Source: an uncultured Gammaproteobacteria bacterium (lineage in GTDB: Bacteria > Patescibacteriota > Patescibacteriia > UBA2591 > UBA6264). Taken from it: a DNA stretch of 64,000 bases. The stretch's first letter is position 1, and each line of letters starts with the position of its first letter. A model generated the notes under the pieces. That model had not been told where the DNA came from. It searched no databases and was given only the letters and a program-made list of their open reading frames with translations. A program made the position numbers and the translations under genes. This document shows, one piece after another, positions 29,192 through 39,462 of this stretch. The DNA lies in assembly GCA_964596735.1 (NCBI GenBank), contig CAZQVF010000001.1, forward strand, positions 9,924 to 73,923. The letters run 5' to 3'.

Positions 29192-30444
29192 ATGGAGAAG
29201 AGGTTGCAGTAAAGAAGAGCAAACGCTTAAGCTCTAAAAAAGAATATCATCACAGAGTAGAAGACGAAGTGGCAGAGTTTTACAACAACAGAGAATATGA
29301 TCATTTGCAAAAACCAGTCCCTGAAAAAAAGGGTTTGGTATGGTTGATTATTGTCTGGTCAGTTGTTTTTGGCTTAATCGCCGGAACCGCGGCCAGTATT
29401 TTTGTTTTAACCCATGAGACAATAAAGGTGCCCTTTAAACAGGAGCCAATAGATTTAACCAAGTTTTTCCCCACTCGAGAATTAAAAACAATTACGGAAA
29501 AGAACATTACTATTTTAGCAGAGACCAGGATGTCAGACGTAATTAAAGACATAAGTTTAAAAACAGGAAGAATTTTTAAAGCTAAACAAGGACAAAATTT
29601 AAGCTTTTTAGATCAAGTTTATGCTCCCTGGCAAACTAAAGGCCTGGGCCTTTTTATTAGTGAAGACGGCTGGTTAATAACCGGAGCTGTTTTTGAACCA
29701 CAAATAGATTATGTAGTTATTGATGGAGAAAATAAAATATGGCCAATTAAAAAAATAATTACTGACTCTTTAACAAAGATTAGTTTTTGTAAAATTGAAG
29801 GAAACAGCTTTGCCAAGATTGAGTTGGGGGGAAAAGACAAAGTTTTTCAAGGTCAGCAGGTGTTTGTTCTAGATAAATCAGAAAAGGTTTATTTAACAGA
29901 AATTAGTCAGGTTTATGCAAAAAATATTAATAAAACAGAAGATTTGGTTTATTCTACTGATAAATTTGTTCATACATTTGTTTTAGGTTTTGAAACTTCA
30001 GCCAGGGCTTTTTCTCAGGCGTTAATTTTTGGATTAAACGGGAAAATGATTGGTATTATGCTCCAAGAAAAAGTTATTCCTAGCTGGCAAATAAAACCGT
30101 TAATCAATCAAGTTTTGAAAGGTCAGGACAATATTGTTCGCCCGTTTTTAGGAATTGATTATTTAAGACTTGAACAAGCCCCGGGACTGACTAGTCCGCG
30201 CTTTAAAGGATTAACCAAGGGAGCAATTGTTTATGGTCCGCCAAATGAAAACAGCCCGGCTTTAAAAGCAGGCATTAAAAACGCCGATGTTATTATTAAG
30301 ATAGATGATATTGTTCTTAATCAAGACCAAGATTTAACTTATTTGGTTCAAAATAAGATTCCAGGGCAAGAAATAGAGATAACAGTGTTGCGGGATGAGC
30401 AAGAAAAGACATTTAGCATTGTTTTGGGAGAATTAAAAGAATAA
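29146..30444 (+). CDS. HtrA/S1C-like protein with PDZ domain, catalytically degenerate
   Basis: TM anchor, GLFISEDGWLIT, RPFLGI, SPA.KAGIK..DVI..ID PDZ; lacks TNAHV and GNSGG. Confidence 0.75.
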   Translation: MAKDSSKKVNISDDLDGEEVAVKKSKRLSSKKEYHHRVEDEVAEFYNNREYDHLQKPVPEKKGLVWLIIVWSVVFGLIAGTAASIFVLTHETIKVPFKQEPIDLTKFFPTRELKTITEKNITILAETRMSDVIKDISLKTGRIFKAKQGQNLSFLDQVYAPWQTKGLGLFISEDGWLITGAVFEPQIDYVVIDGENKIWPIKKIITDSLTKISFCKIEGNSFAKIELGGKDKVFQGQQVFVLDKSEKVYLTEISQVYAKNINKTEDLVYSTDKFVHTFVLGFETSARAFSQALIFGLNGKMIGIMLQEKVIPSWQIKPLINQVLKGQDNIVRPFLGIDYLRLEQAPGLTSPRFKGLTKGAIVYGPPNENSPALKAGIKNADVIIKIDDIVLNQDQDLTYLVQNKIPGQEIEITVLRDEQEKTFSIVLGELKE

Positions 30445-30473
30445 AGTTTTCCACAGATTAAAAATCGAAAAAG

Positions 30474-30482
30474 TGCTATAAT
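30474..30482 (+). promoter_or_regulatory. Extended -10 promoter for giant surface protein gene
   Basis: TGCTATAAT; a one-mismatch DnaA box TTTTCCACA lies at 30447-30455. Confidence 0.5.
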
Positions 30483-30621
30483 ATCATCATAATTAAGCTT
30501 TTGTTTGTAATGTGCCATCAGCCACAAAAAACCAGTATTTATTTTGTTTTATATTAAGAACCTTTTGTAGAGGTTTTTATTTTTAATTAATAATAAAAAA
30601 TTAACATTTAATTTAAAAACT

Positions 30622-33600
30622 ATGACAAAATCAAAAAGAATTTTAGCAAGTATAGTAGCGGTGACCACTGTTTTATGGTCAATAGGCCCAGCCGCCCTTG
30701 CCTTATCAGTTACTAATGTGGCTGTTTCTCCATCTTCAATTGAGATTACTTTTGACGACGCTGTTTTAAGTACGACCTTAACAGCCGCCGCAGAATTAGG
30801 AGATTCAACTAAAAGCGCGGGAGATTTGCGCAATTATCTTTTTAAGGTGGGTGATCCCTTAGTAACTAAAAATCTTAGTCGGGCGGCACCCTATAATATG
30901 ACCACTGAATATTTTGCTGCGGAGAATAAAATGCGTATTTACGGTATTGAAAATTTATACCTGGATTCTGGTGATGATTGGGATTTTAGTATCCCGGCTA
31001 CGACTATTCAGCACGCAACAACAACAGATTCTTATGTTGAAGCTTATCATGTCACAGGCGTGATTATAGGAGTACAAGATCCAGTTATAAACTATATTAA
31101 AAATGATCCAACCGCGGCTAGCCCAGTGCCGGCCTCAGGGGATTGTCTTGGTTATCCCTGCGGAGCAGTCGGTGATGGTTTAAAAATTTTTGGTTCTAAT
31201 TTTACCACTTCAACCGTGGCTTATATTGGAGGGGCAACAGCCACGATTAATGCTCAAACCGCTACTCAGCTTGATATTGAAATTCCTTCCGACTTTTCCA
31301 GCACAGGAGATGTTGATGTGCAGTTATATGATTCAAACACGGGCCGGTATTCAATATCCAGAGGTATTGTTGTTTATGATTCAGATGTCGGAGTAGTGGT
31401 TGGTTATTTAACTTTATCAGACGAAACCACTGGTGTTGATAATGCCGAAATAACAGTTGACCAACCTTCTTATTGGGGTTCTGGCGGCACAGCTTATACT
31501 CACGCCAATGGTTATTATGCCGTGTCTGTTACAACAGCTGGAACTTATGAGGCCAGATTTAATACTCCGCCTGGCATTTCAGAATCAGCTCCATCTAAGG
31601 TAAGCAATCTTTCAGTTACCTTGGGAGCGATTACCAGTGTTGGGGCCAAGGTTTGCGGTACTCCAACTATTTCAGGCTATGTTTGTGCTCCTGGCTCTTC
31701 TCCTTGTCAAGGAGTAGAAGGAGTTAATGTCAGTGTTTACACCTATGATTGGACTGTTGAACAGACAACCATGACCAATCCAGACGGTTCATGGAGTGTT
31801 TATATTGATAACACCGGCTCTTGGATTAATGTTGGTGTTGATACAAATCCAAGCTATTACCACACCAATGTTTTGGGCTATTTTTCAAGTTTAAGAGGCC
31901 TTTATGATCAAACCCTTAGTTCAGGGGCTACGGTTGCTGATTTGGAAGTTTATTTAACTCAATATAATGTGGGAGGAACAGTTAAAACTCCGGCGGGCGA
32001 CACTAGTGAGGCCAATCCAGTTCCTAATACAGTGGCGCCAAACGCTAATGTTCAATTACGCACAGAAGATTGGTCTTATGAACAATGGACAAATACTGAC
32101 GATAATGGCGTTTTCAAATTTGGCGGTGTGCCGGCTGGTTCAACTTATATTTTAGAGATTGAACCGCCATACTCTGGTAATTTTTCAGCCTATGCTCGGA
32201 CCAGAATTGAAGATTTAGTGGTTGGTTCTTCAGCTATTGGGTGGGATGCGGGAACTGAAATAACAGATCTTAATCAGGACGCTAAAGCAACAAGCGGAGC
32301 CTTAAGATTTGGTCAGCCAAATGTTTGGGGTAAGGTTATGGCTGGCGGTTCAGCCGTTGAAAATGCCTGGGTTGAACTTCATAATTGGGGAGGATGGTAT
32401 AGTACTAATACTGATGCTGATGGTAAGTTTAAATTTGATGCAGCTATAGGGACTTATGAATTAGAAGTTAATCCACCTAGTGATAGCAGTTATTCTCGAC
32501 GTAGATTTGAAAATATACAAATAACTTCAGCCACGTCTAATGATTTAGCTGCTCAGGCTGATGCCATTGACGAGGTTGATGATGACGCTTTTACTTTGGC
32601 GGCGCCAAATGTTTCCGGCTATGTTTACGGACCAACCGGCACCACTGGCCAGGCAAATGTTGGAATGGATCTTTGTCCATACAATTCCCCAGGGATGTGT
32701 TATTGGGCGATGACTAATAACGCTGGATTGTTTGGTCTTGGCGGAGTGCCTGACGGAACCTGGAGAGTTGAAATAAGACCAGATACCTGGAGTACAATTT
32801 ATGTTGCGCCAGTTTCCCAGATTTTAGTTATTTCCGGAGGTTCACCAACTACCTTAGACGGCACAGCAATTTCAGGAAATTTGATTTTTAGGTTGGTTGA
32901 TCCATCAGAAGGTGGTTTAAAAGGAAAGGTTTGCGCTCCAGGGGACACTAGTTCTTGTGAACATCCTCAGGCAAACGTGGGAGTTAATTTGCGGCCGCAA
33001 AACGCCATGGAAGGATTTAGATGGGGTCAGACTGATTCCAATGGTGAATTTGCTTTTGGGGCAGTGGTTGCTGGCGTTTATGATTTAGAGGTAGAACCAT
33101 GGGGGAGTAGTGCTTATTCTCGCCAGACATATACGGTTACGGTTAATAGTGATGATTCAGTGACAGTAGGAAGTACTGAATATTCTACCCGGAACATTGT
33201 TCTTTATTTAAGTAGTCCTAATATTGCTGGTTATTTATATACTCCAAGATTTGCTGCTGGTCATACCTCAACTTCTAATCCTACTCCTGATCAGCCAATT
33301 CAATGGGCTTGGGTGAATTTACATCAAGAGGGTCCAATGATGGGTCCGGGTGGTTGGTATGGCGCCAGTACTGATGAAAATGGTTATTTCAATTTTGGCG
33401 GTGTTCAACCAGGTTCAAACTATGTTTTAGAAGCAGAAGCCCAATGGGGCGGTGCTTATACTCGTAAAAGATATTCAAATATTATTTTTACAGATACAAA
33501 TAGCGACGGAGTGGCTGATGAATGTAGTGTTGGAATTACAGATGATGGCGATGCTGAAGATGGAAGCTGTGACTTAAGTACTCTATTGGGTACAGCCGTT

Positions 33601-36600
33601 GCTTCTGGTACTCCAGTCAGAGCCGTCAGAGTTGGTATACCTAATTTAAGGGGACAGATAGTTGATCCAGATAGTAATGGAGTAAGAGATTGCTGGGTAA
33701 TGGTTCATGATAATATGTGGATGAATCAGGCCGGGGGCAACACTGATCAAAGCGGATACTTTAACTTGGGTGGATTAGATGATGGTACTTATCAAATTGA
33801 AATAAACATGCCTTGGGGCGGTGATCAGGCCTATACGCAACCCAGTGGCTTAACAGTGGTTATTGCCAATGATATTGCTGTGGTTAAGCAAAATAATGTG
33901 GCTTTGACTAATAACAAGATAACATTAACCACGCCTCAAAAGATCTTAACCGGTTATGTTTATAAAGACACTAATGACAATGGGTCTTATGATATTGGGG
34001 TTGATACAGCAATGGAAAATGTTCGAGTTGAAGGTCATCGAAACATGGGCGGCGGATTTTTTGAGGTTAGAACTAATTCTAGTGGTGAATACACTTTAAA
34101 AATTAGTGGTGGTTCTTGGTGGATTCAGCCAATGCCTGATTGGGGCAATGTCAATGTTGATTGGGTTTATTCTGAACCACCAACCAGAGTTACTTTCCCG
34201 TCAACTACGACTGAAGAATGCAAAGGAACAACAACTCGTTGTACAGCCGCTTCGGCTACGGCTACGGTTATTGATGACGGTCTTGATTTTAAAGTAGATG
34301 TGGCTAATAGTATTTTAACTGGTTATGTTAAATTGCCAGACGGTACGGCCGTGGCCAATACTTGGGTTGATGCGCACAAAGGCATGGGCCCGGGCAATGG
34401 GGCTAATACTGACAGCAATGGCCGGTTTAGCATTAATGTTCCAGCCGGAACATATGAAATAATGGCCATGCCCAATACCCCTGATTATGGCAGTCCAGAT
34501 CCAATTAAAGTAAAAGTAGCCGATGGCCAAACAACAGATGCCGGCACTTTATATTTAAAATCCAGAAGTTCTCACATTAAAGGTTCAGTTACTGATTCAG
34601 CTGGTAATGCTATTGGTAATGTTATGCTTAATGCCTGGCAATTTAATTCTCCTGGCTGGGCAACTGCCTTTACTGATAGTACTACTGGAAGATATGACTT
34701 AACAGTTAGTGATGGAGTTTGGGGTATCATGGTAATGCCCATGAGCGGAAGTTATATTTATCAAGGGGCGCCTTTAAATGTAACTGTTGACGAAAATGAG
34801 ACCTCTGATGCTAATGATTTTGTATTAAAAAATGCAGACACTACTCTTAAGGTTAGTATAGTTAATTCTAGTGGAACTCGAATAACTGATCTTTGGGGAG
34901 GTGTTTGGGTTAAAGATACTTCGGTTGATGATATGATTGATTTTGGCGGGCCAATGGAAGACATGATGATGAAAGGAGACATGATAACTGATACAGGCGG
35001 AATGATAGAAGGAGGTATGGGTTCTGGCGGAGGAGGCGCCATGGGTCCGGGTATGGAACAGGGTGGCTTCCAGGGCGGCGGATTAGTCAATGGTTATACT
35101 GAGATTAAAATTCCTGGTGGCTCTGAGGCAAGCCCTGAACAATATGAGCTTGGTTTGCATACACCACCCGGAGCAACCTATACTTTAAGTGCTACTAAAA
35201 TAGTCGATGTTGTTAGTAGTGTTGATCAAGAAATTGAATTAGTGGTGACTTTAAATGATGTCACCCTTCAAGGCCATTTATATATTGATGCCAATTCTAG
35301 TGGAGGATATGATTCTGGAGAAGAGGCAACAGGTCTTAGAGCCTTTGTTAATGCTCATCGAGCCGAAGGTGGTTGGCAAATGACCGAGACCAACAACGAT
35401 GGTTCTTATAGTATTCTTGTCTCTGCCGGAGAATGGAGACTTGATGCCTGGATTGATGTGTTTATGACTTTTGGGGCAAGTAAATATATGATTGTTAATG
35501 AAGACGTTAAAGATATTGTTAGCGCCGGAGATACAATCACTCGTAATTTTGAAGTTAAAGAATTAGGCTCAAGTATTTCTGGAACAGTGACTGACCCGGA
35601 CGGAGTAGCCATGGATAATGTTTGGATTTTTGTTGATTATGGTACAGAAGAAATGATTTCTGACTTTAAAGGACCGGGCGGTCCTGGAGTAGGAACCTTT
35701 ACTGATATTAGTGGTGATTATACTTTAAATGTGGCGGCCGGAGCCTATAAGGTTGGGGCTGGTATTCCTCCATGGGATACAAGAAATTTAATCAGTCCTG
35801 ATTTGTTAACAGTTACTGTAGCTGATTCAGCTGCTTCTACAGGCAATGATTTACAATTTAAATCATCTGATGCCACAATTGCAGGAACAATTACTTATGA
35901 TGGGGAAAACAAAGCGGCCTTTGTTAGAGCCTGGTCAGATAGCGGTGGCGGCAATGGAACTATTTCCACTGACGGCACTTACAGCTTAAATGTCAGTTCA
36001 GATGATACCTGGCACATTAGCGCCGCAACAGAAATCAGCAATGTATTTTACGAAAGCGCTGAAGCCAGTGTTACTACTGTAGCGGGAACAAATACGCAAA
36101 ATCTAGTTTTAGCCCAAAGTACATTATCTATTCCAGAATCCAAGACAGCCTCATTTGATTCTTCTAATAGTAAAAGTATTATCTTAGGAGATGGTTTAAA
36201 GGTTGATGCACCAGCCGGCAGTATTCAAAGTTCAGGTACGGTGACACTAACGGTTACGCCTAAAACAGATGCTAAGCCAGATTCTAAAGATAAACCAGTT
36301 GGCATTAGTTATGATTTTGTGGCCAAAGATGCCGATGGACAAGCCGTAACCAGTTTTGCCAATGATGTTACGGTCACTATTCCCTATAATGAAGACGTTA
36401 TTACCGCGGCTGGTTATTCTGAGACAGATTTAAGTCCCAAATATTATGATGAAACAACTGGAACCTGGGAGAATTGGAAAGCGGTTGTTCAGGATACAGA
36501 CGCAAATACATTTACCATTACCACAAATCACTTTACGCCAGGCGGTTTGACTGGTGGCCGAGTTACAGCGGCGGCGGTTACTCCTTCTACTCCTAGTAGT

Positions 36601-37560
36601 GGTACGCCAGCCGGAGGGTCAACTGGCAGCATATTATTACCAGAGGGGCCAACCAATGTTTCAGTTTGGATAAATTGGGGAGCAGAAACAACAGTAAACA
36701 GAACCATTACCTTGTCTCTTGGGGCTGATAACGCCACAGAAATGTTAATTAGTAATTCAATTGATTTTGTCGGAGCTACCTGGGAAGAATATAAGACCAG
36801 TAAATACTGGACATTAGAAGCTGGTAATGGTGAGAAAAATGTTTATGTTAAATACCGCGATGAAGACTATAATGACTCTTCTATTGTTTCCGATACCATT
36901 GTTTTAGCAGAGGTGTTGGCTGCAGCCGGAGAAAGAGATTTGGTTAAGACAGCTGATAGTTCAGGAGTATATTTAATCTTAAATGGCAGACGTCATGTGT
37001 TCCCGCATTTAGCTGTTTATACTTCATGGGCTTATCCAGATGATTTCTCAACAGTAAAAACAATATCCAGCGCTGACTTTAATGCTTTTGAAGAAGGCGA
37101 TCCAGTGCCATTTAGAGACGGTTCAATGTTCAGAGGCACAGCCGCTTCCTTACATGGCAAAGCCGCTTCAGCTGTTTTCTATGTTGAAGATGGAAAACTT
37201 AGGCCGGTTAATTCAGGAGAGGTTTATCAGGAATTGTTTAATGATCCAGGCTGGGGTTTGGTTACTTGGGTGCCAGACGATCTTTTGTCCAAGTTTGAAT
37301 ATTCATTAGGGGAAAACCTTGTTTCAAGCGATATTCATCCTAATGGTGCTTTGGTTAAATACGCTGATTCAGCTGCGGTTTATTTGATTGAAAATGGACA
37401 AAAAAGACAATTTACTTCTTGGGATGCTGTGGTAGATAATGGTTATCAAAAGAAAAAGATTCATATTATTCCAGCATCAGAAACCTATGTTACAGCTGAT
37501 TCAATTGGCAGCCTAGCCGAGTCTTTAATCACGCCAGTGATTGCGGCTATGTATCGTTAG
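30622..37560 (+). CDS. Giant secreted surface protein (IPT/TIG-like + many carboxypeptidase-regulatory-like beta repeats + C-terminal shared repeat domain)
   Basis: Signal peptide; repeated G.V...V....TD.NG.F.F..V.AG.Y.LE..P units; acidic, Gly/Thr/Ser-rich; 2312 aa. Confidence 0.85.
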   Translation: MTKSKRILASIVAVTTVLWSIGPAALALSVTNVAVSPSSIEITFDDAVLSTTLTAAAELGDSTKSAGDLRNYLFKVGDPLVTKNLSRAAPYNMTTEYFAAENKMRIYGIENLYLDSGDDWDFSIPATTIQHATTTDSYVEAYHVTGVIIGVQDPVINYIKNDPTAASPVPASGDCLGYPCGAVGDGLKIFGSNFTTSTVAYIGGATATINAQTATQLDIEIPSDFSSTGDVDVQLYDSNTGRYSISRGIVVYDSDVGVVVGYLTLSDETTGVDNAEITVDQPSYWGSGGTAYTHANGYYAVSVTTAGTYEARFNTPPGISESAPSKVSNLSVTLGAITSVGAKVCGTPTISGYVCAPGSSPCQGVEGVNVSVYTYDWTVEQTTMTNPDGSWSVYIDNTGSWINVGVDTNPSYYHTNVLGYFSSLRGLYDQTLSSGATVADLEVYLTQYNVGGTVKTPAGDTSEANPVPNTVAPNANVQLRTEDWSYEQWTNTDDNGVFKFGGVPAGSTYILEIEPPYSGNFSAYARTRIEDLVVGSSAIGWDAGTEITDLNQDAKATSGALRFGQPNVWGKVMAGGSAVENAWVELHNWGGWYSTNTDADGKFKFDAAIGTYELEVNPPSDSSYSRRRFENIQITSATSNDLAAQADAIDEVDDDAFTLAAPNVSGYVYGPTGTTGQANVGMDLCPYNSPGMCYWAMTNNAGLFGLGGVPDGTWRVEIRPDTWSTIYVAPVSQILVISGGSPTTLDGTAISGNLIFRLVDPSEGGLKGKVCAPGDTSSCEHPQANVGVNLRPQNAMEGFRWGQTDSNGEFAFGAVVAGVYDLEVEPWGSSAYSRQTYTVTVNSDDSVTVGSTEYSTRNIVLYLSSPNIAGYLYTPRFAAGHTSTSNPTPDQPIQWAWVNLHQEGPMMGPGGWYGASTDENGYFNFGGVQPGSNYVLEAEAQWGGAYTRKRYSNIIFTDTNSDGVADECSVGITDDGDAEDGSCDLSTLLGTAVASGTPVRAVRVGIPNLRGQIVDPDSNGVRDCWVMVHDNMWMNQAGGNTDQSGYFNLGGLDDGTYQIEINMPWGGDQAYTQPSGLTVVIANDIAVVKQNNVALTNNKITLTTPQKILTGYVYKDTNDNGSYDIGVDTAMENVRVEGHRNMGGGFFEVRTNSSGEYTLKISGGSWWIQPMPDWGNVNVDWVYSEPPTRVTFPSTTTEECKGTTTRCTAASATATVIDDGLDFKVDVANSILTGYVKLPDGTAVANTWVDAHKGMGPGNGANTDSNGRFSINVPAGTYEIMAMPNTPDYGSPDPIKVKVADGQTTDAGTLYLKSRSSHIKGSVTDSAGNAIGNVMLNAWQFNSPGWATAFTDSTTGRYDLTVSDGVWGIMVMPMSGSYIYQGAPLNVTVDENETSDANDFVLKNADTTLKVSIVNSSGTRITDLWGGVWVKDTSVDDMIDFGGPMEDMMMKGDMITDTGGMIEGGMGSGGGGAMGPGMEQGGFQGGGLVNGYTEIKIPGGSEASPEQYELGLHTPPGATYTLSATKIVDVVSSVDQEIELVVTLNDVTLQGHLYIDANSSGGYDSGEEATGLRAFVNAHRAEGGWQMTETNNDGSYSILVSAGEWRLDAWIDVFMTFGASKYMIVNEDVKDIVSAGDTITRNFEVKELGSSISGTVTDPDGVAMDNVWIFVDYGTEEMISDFKGPGGPGVGTFTDISGDYTLNVAAGAYKVGAGIPPWDTRNLISPDLLTVTVADSAASTGNDLQFKSSDATIAGTITYDGENKAAFVRAWSDSGGGNGTISTDGTYSLNVSSDDTWHISAATEISNVFYESAEASVTTVAGTNTQNLVLAQSTLSIPESKTASFDSSNSKSIILGDGLKVDAPAGSIQSSGTVTLTVTPKTDAKPDSKDKPVGISYDFVAKDADGQAVTSFANDVTVTIPYNEDVITAAGYSETDLSPKYYDETTGTWENWKAVVQDTDANTFTITTNHFTPGGLTGGRVTAAAVTPSTPSSGTPAGGSTGSILLPEGPTNVSVWINWGAETTVNRTITLSLGADNATEMLISNSIDFVGATWEEYKTSKYWTLEAGNGEKNVYVKYRDEDYNDSSIVSDTIVLAEVLAAAGERDLVKTADSSGVYLILNGRRHVFPHLAVYTSWAYPDDFSTVKTISSADFNAFEEGDPVPFRDGSMFRGTAASLHGKAASAVFYVEDGKLRPVNSGEVYQELFNDPGWGLVTWVPDDLLSKFEYSLGENLVSSDIHPNGALVKYADSAAVYLIENGQKRQFTSWDAVVDNGYQKKKIHIIPASETYVTADSIGSLAESLITPVIAAMYR

Positions 37561-37592
37561 ATTTATTCCCTTTAAGGGAAGGGATAAGATAT

Positions 37593-37626
37593 AGAAAAGG
37601 GGCTATAAAAAGCCCCTTTTCTTTTT
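37593..37626 (+). terminator. Intrinsic terminator
   Basis: AGAAAAGGGGCT-ATAAAA-AGCCCCTTTTCT followed by T run. Confidence 0.85.
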
Positions 37627-37644
37627 AAATAATTATGCTAGAAT

Positions 37645-37677
37645 TGAGGTTCATACCTCAAAGAGGTTGAACCTCTT
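37645..37677. repeat. Tandem GAGGT/ACCTC palindromes upstream of ECF sigma gene
   Basis: TGAGGT-TCAT-ACCTCA and AAGAGGTT-G-AACCTCTT. Confidence 0.75.
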
Positions 37678-37688
37678 AGGAAATAAAG

Positions 37689-38225
37689 ATGTTTAAAATC
37701 ACGGAAAAAATTCTTTTTCATCAAATTAGAAATGGTGATGAGCAGGCCTTCACCATCTTTTATAATAGGTACAAGACTAAGATTTACCGCTTTATTTATT
37801 TTAAAGTTTCTAATGAAGAAAAAGCCGATGATTTGACAAATGATACTTTTATAAAAGTATTTCGTTATTTGCGGAATGGAGAAGAGATTGAGAATTTTCA
37901 AGCTTTTTTGTATAAAACAGCTCGTAATTTGGTAATTGATTTTTACCGGACCAGAAAACAAGAGGTTTCTTTAGAAGATGCCAAAGAAGTTGAGGCTGAT
38001 ATAGACGTAAGCAAAGAGGTTGATGATAAAATAAAAGTAGAAACCATTAATAAGTATTTATCTGGTTTAAGTCCAGAATATATTAAAGTTGTTAAGCTTC
38101 ATTTTTTTGATGAACTCTCATTCAAAGAAATAGCTGAGATTACAGGTGATTCAGAGGGGAGTGTTAGAATGAGGGCTCATCGGGGAATGGCCCAGCTTAA
38201 AAAACAGCTAAAAGAGCGTGATTAA
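37689..38225 (+). CDS. ECF-type RNA polymerase sigma factor
   Basis: ADDLTNDTFIK, FQAFLYKTARNLVIDFYR (region 2), LSFKEIAEITG.SEGSVRMRAHRG (region 4). Confidence 0.95.
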   Translation: MFKITEKILFHQIRNGDEQAFTIFYNRYKTKIYRFIYFKVSNEEKADDLTNDTFIKVFRYLRNGEEIENFQAFLYKTARNLVIDFYRTRKQEVSLEDAKEVEADIDVSKEVDDKIKVETINKYLSGLSPEYIKVVKLHFFDELSFKEIAEITGDSEGSVRMRAHRGMAQLKKQLKERD

Positions 38226-38249
38226 TTTATTTTTTTATCGTCTTAATTA

Positions 38250-39191
38250 GTGATGGAAGTAAGAGAATTAAGAAAACTTTATAAGTCTATCAGACAAGAC
38301 TCTGTTCGCGAGCAAGAGTCCCATGATATTGTTTTGAATTCCTTTAGAGAAATGCTTCCATCTAAAACAAAACTTACCTACAATTTTTATTTATCTTTAA
38401 GGCCAGTGGCGGTTAGCTTGCTGGCTTTTGTTTTTGTTTTTGTCGCTGGATTTGGCACAATTGCTGTTGCCAAGAATACCGTGCCCGGAGACATATTATA
38501 CCCAGTTAAAAGAATAGCAGAGAAAAGTCGCATAGTATTGGTATTTGATAAATCTAAAAAAGCAGTCTTACGGGCAGAGATTTTAACCAATCGTTTATCT
38601 GAAGTTAAAGTTTTAACAGAAAAGGCAAAGGGTGGAGATAAAGAGTCTGAGCTTGAACTTAATGTTTTAGCTCAAAATTTTACCAATGAATTAAAAGTTT
38701 TAACAAAGCAAATTGGGGATCAAGTTATTGAACCTCAAGCTTTTATTACTCCTTTCCCTGAAGAAGAATTACTATATATTGACGAACAAATGATAGGCCA
38801 GGGTTCTTTGCCTGTTCAGGATAAACGGCAGGTGTTTACGGTTATGCCCACAGAAGATTTAGAAAAGCTTTTATCTGAAACTCAAGAGCTTTTGGCTGAG
38901 GAAAATTTAGCCTTGGCTTTTGTGAAATTACAAGAAGCAGAAAAATTAGTTCAGGAACAAGAACCAGTTACTGAACCAGATGTTGTTGTAGAAGACTCAG
39001 AAGAAGTAGAAAATCAAGCAGAAGAAGAAACACAAGGAGTATTACCTGTTCAGCCAGTTGAACCTGTAATAGAGGATGATATATCAGGGTCAGTTGGACA
39101 AATTTTATTAAAACAAGAAAAGGAAATAGATTTTCAGGTTAAGATTGAAAAAGATTCACCAGCCCGAACAGGAATGACTCGAGAACAATAA
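38250..39191 (+). CDS. DUF5667-like membrane protein, putative anti-sigma factor
   Basis: Directly downstream of ECF sigma; TM helix then AKNTVPGDILYPVKRIAEK...RLSEV; acidic tail. Confidence 0.75.
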   Translation: MMEVRELRKLYKSIRQDSVREQESHDIVLNSFREMLPSKTKLTYNFYLSLRPVAVSLLAFVFVFVAGFGTIAVAKNTVPGDILYPVKRIAEKSRIVLVFDKSKKAVLRAEILTNRLSEVKVLTEKAKGGDKESELELNVLAQNFTNELKVLTKQIGDQVIEPQAFITPFPEEELLYIDEQMIGQGSLPVQDKRQVFTVMPTEDLEKLLSETQELLAEENLALAFVKLQEAEKLVQEQEPVTEPDVVVEDSEEVENQAEEETQGVLPVQPVEPVIEDDISGSVGQILLKQEKEIDFQVKIEKDSPARTGMTREQ

Positions 39192-39229
39192 TCTTTAAAA
39201 TTATTTAATAATATTAATTAACTAATAAT

Positions 39230-39445
39230 AATATCCCCTTGGCTGAAAGTGATTCTCAGGTCGTTTGAGTCATGATAAAGCCGAGCCTCAAGGGTATTAA
39301 AGGTCGAGCCTAGTTTTTGTAAAATTCTCAGAATGGGATATCCCCTGAGAGTTTTAAGAAAAAGGTGGGATAAAATATATTCTAACAGTAAATAGAATGA
39401 TTAGGTCAAACTTAATTAATTAGACCTAAAATCTACTATTTATTG
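39230..39445 (+). ncRNA. Candidate structured 5' leader (three long hairpins) of the S-layer-like gene
   Basis: Stems 39230-39298, 39321-39355, 39386-39445; AGGTCG at 39258 and 39301; GAGGA SD at 39450. Confidence 0.5.
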
Positions 39446-39462
39446 CTCAGAGGATTAATTAA

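Noticed and set aside
9587-30455. Replication origin
   Set aside because: DnaA boxes are isolated, not clustered, and there is no dnaA/dnaN nearby.
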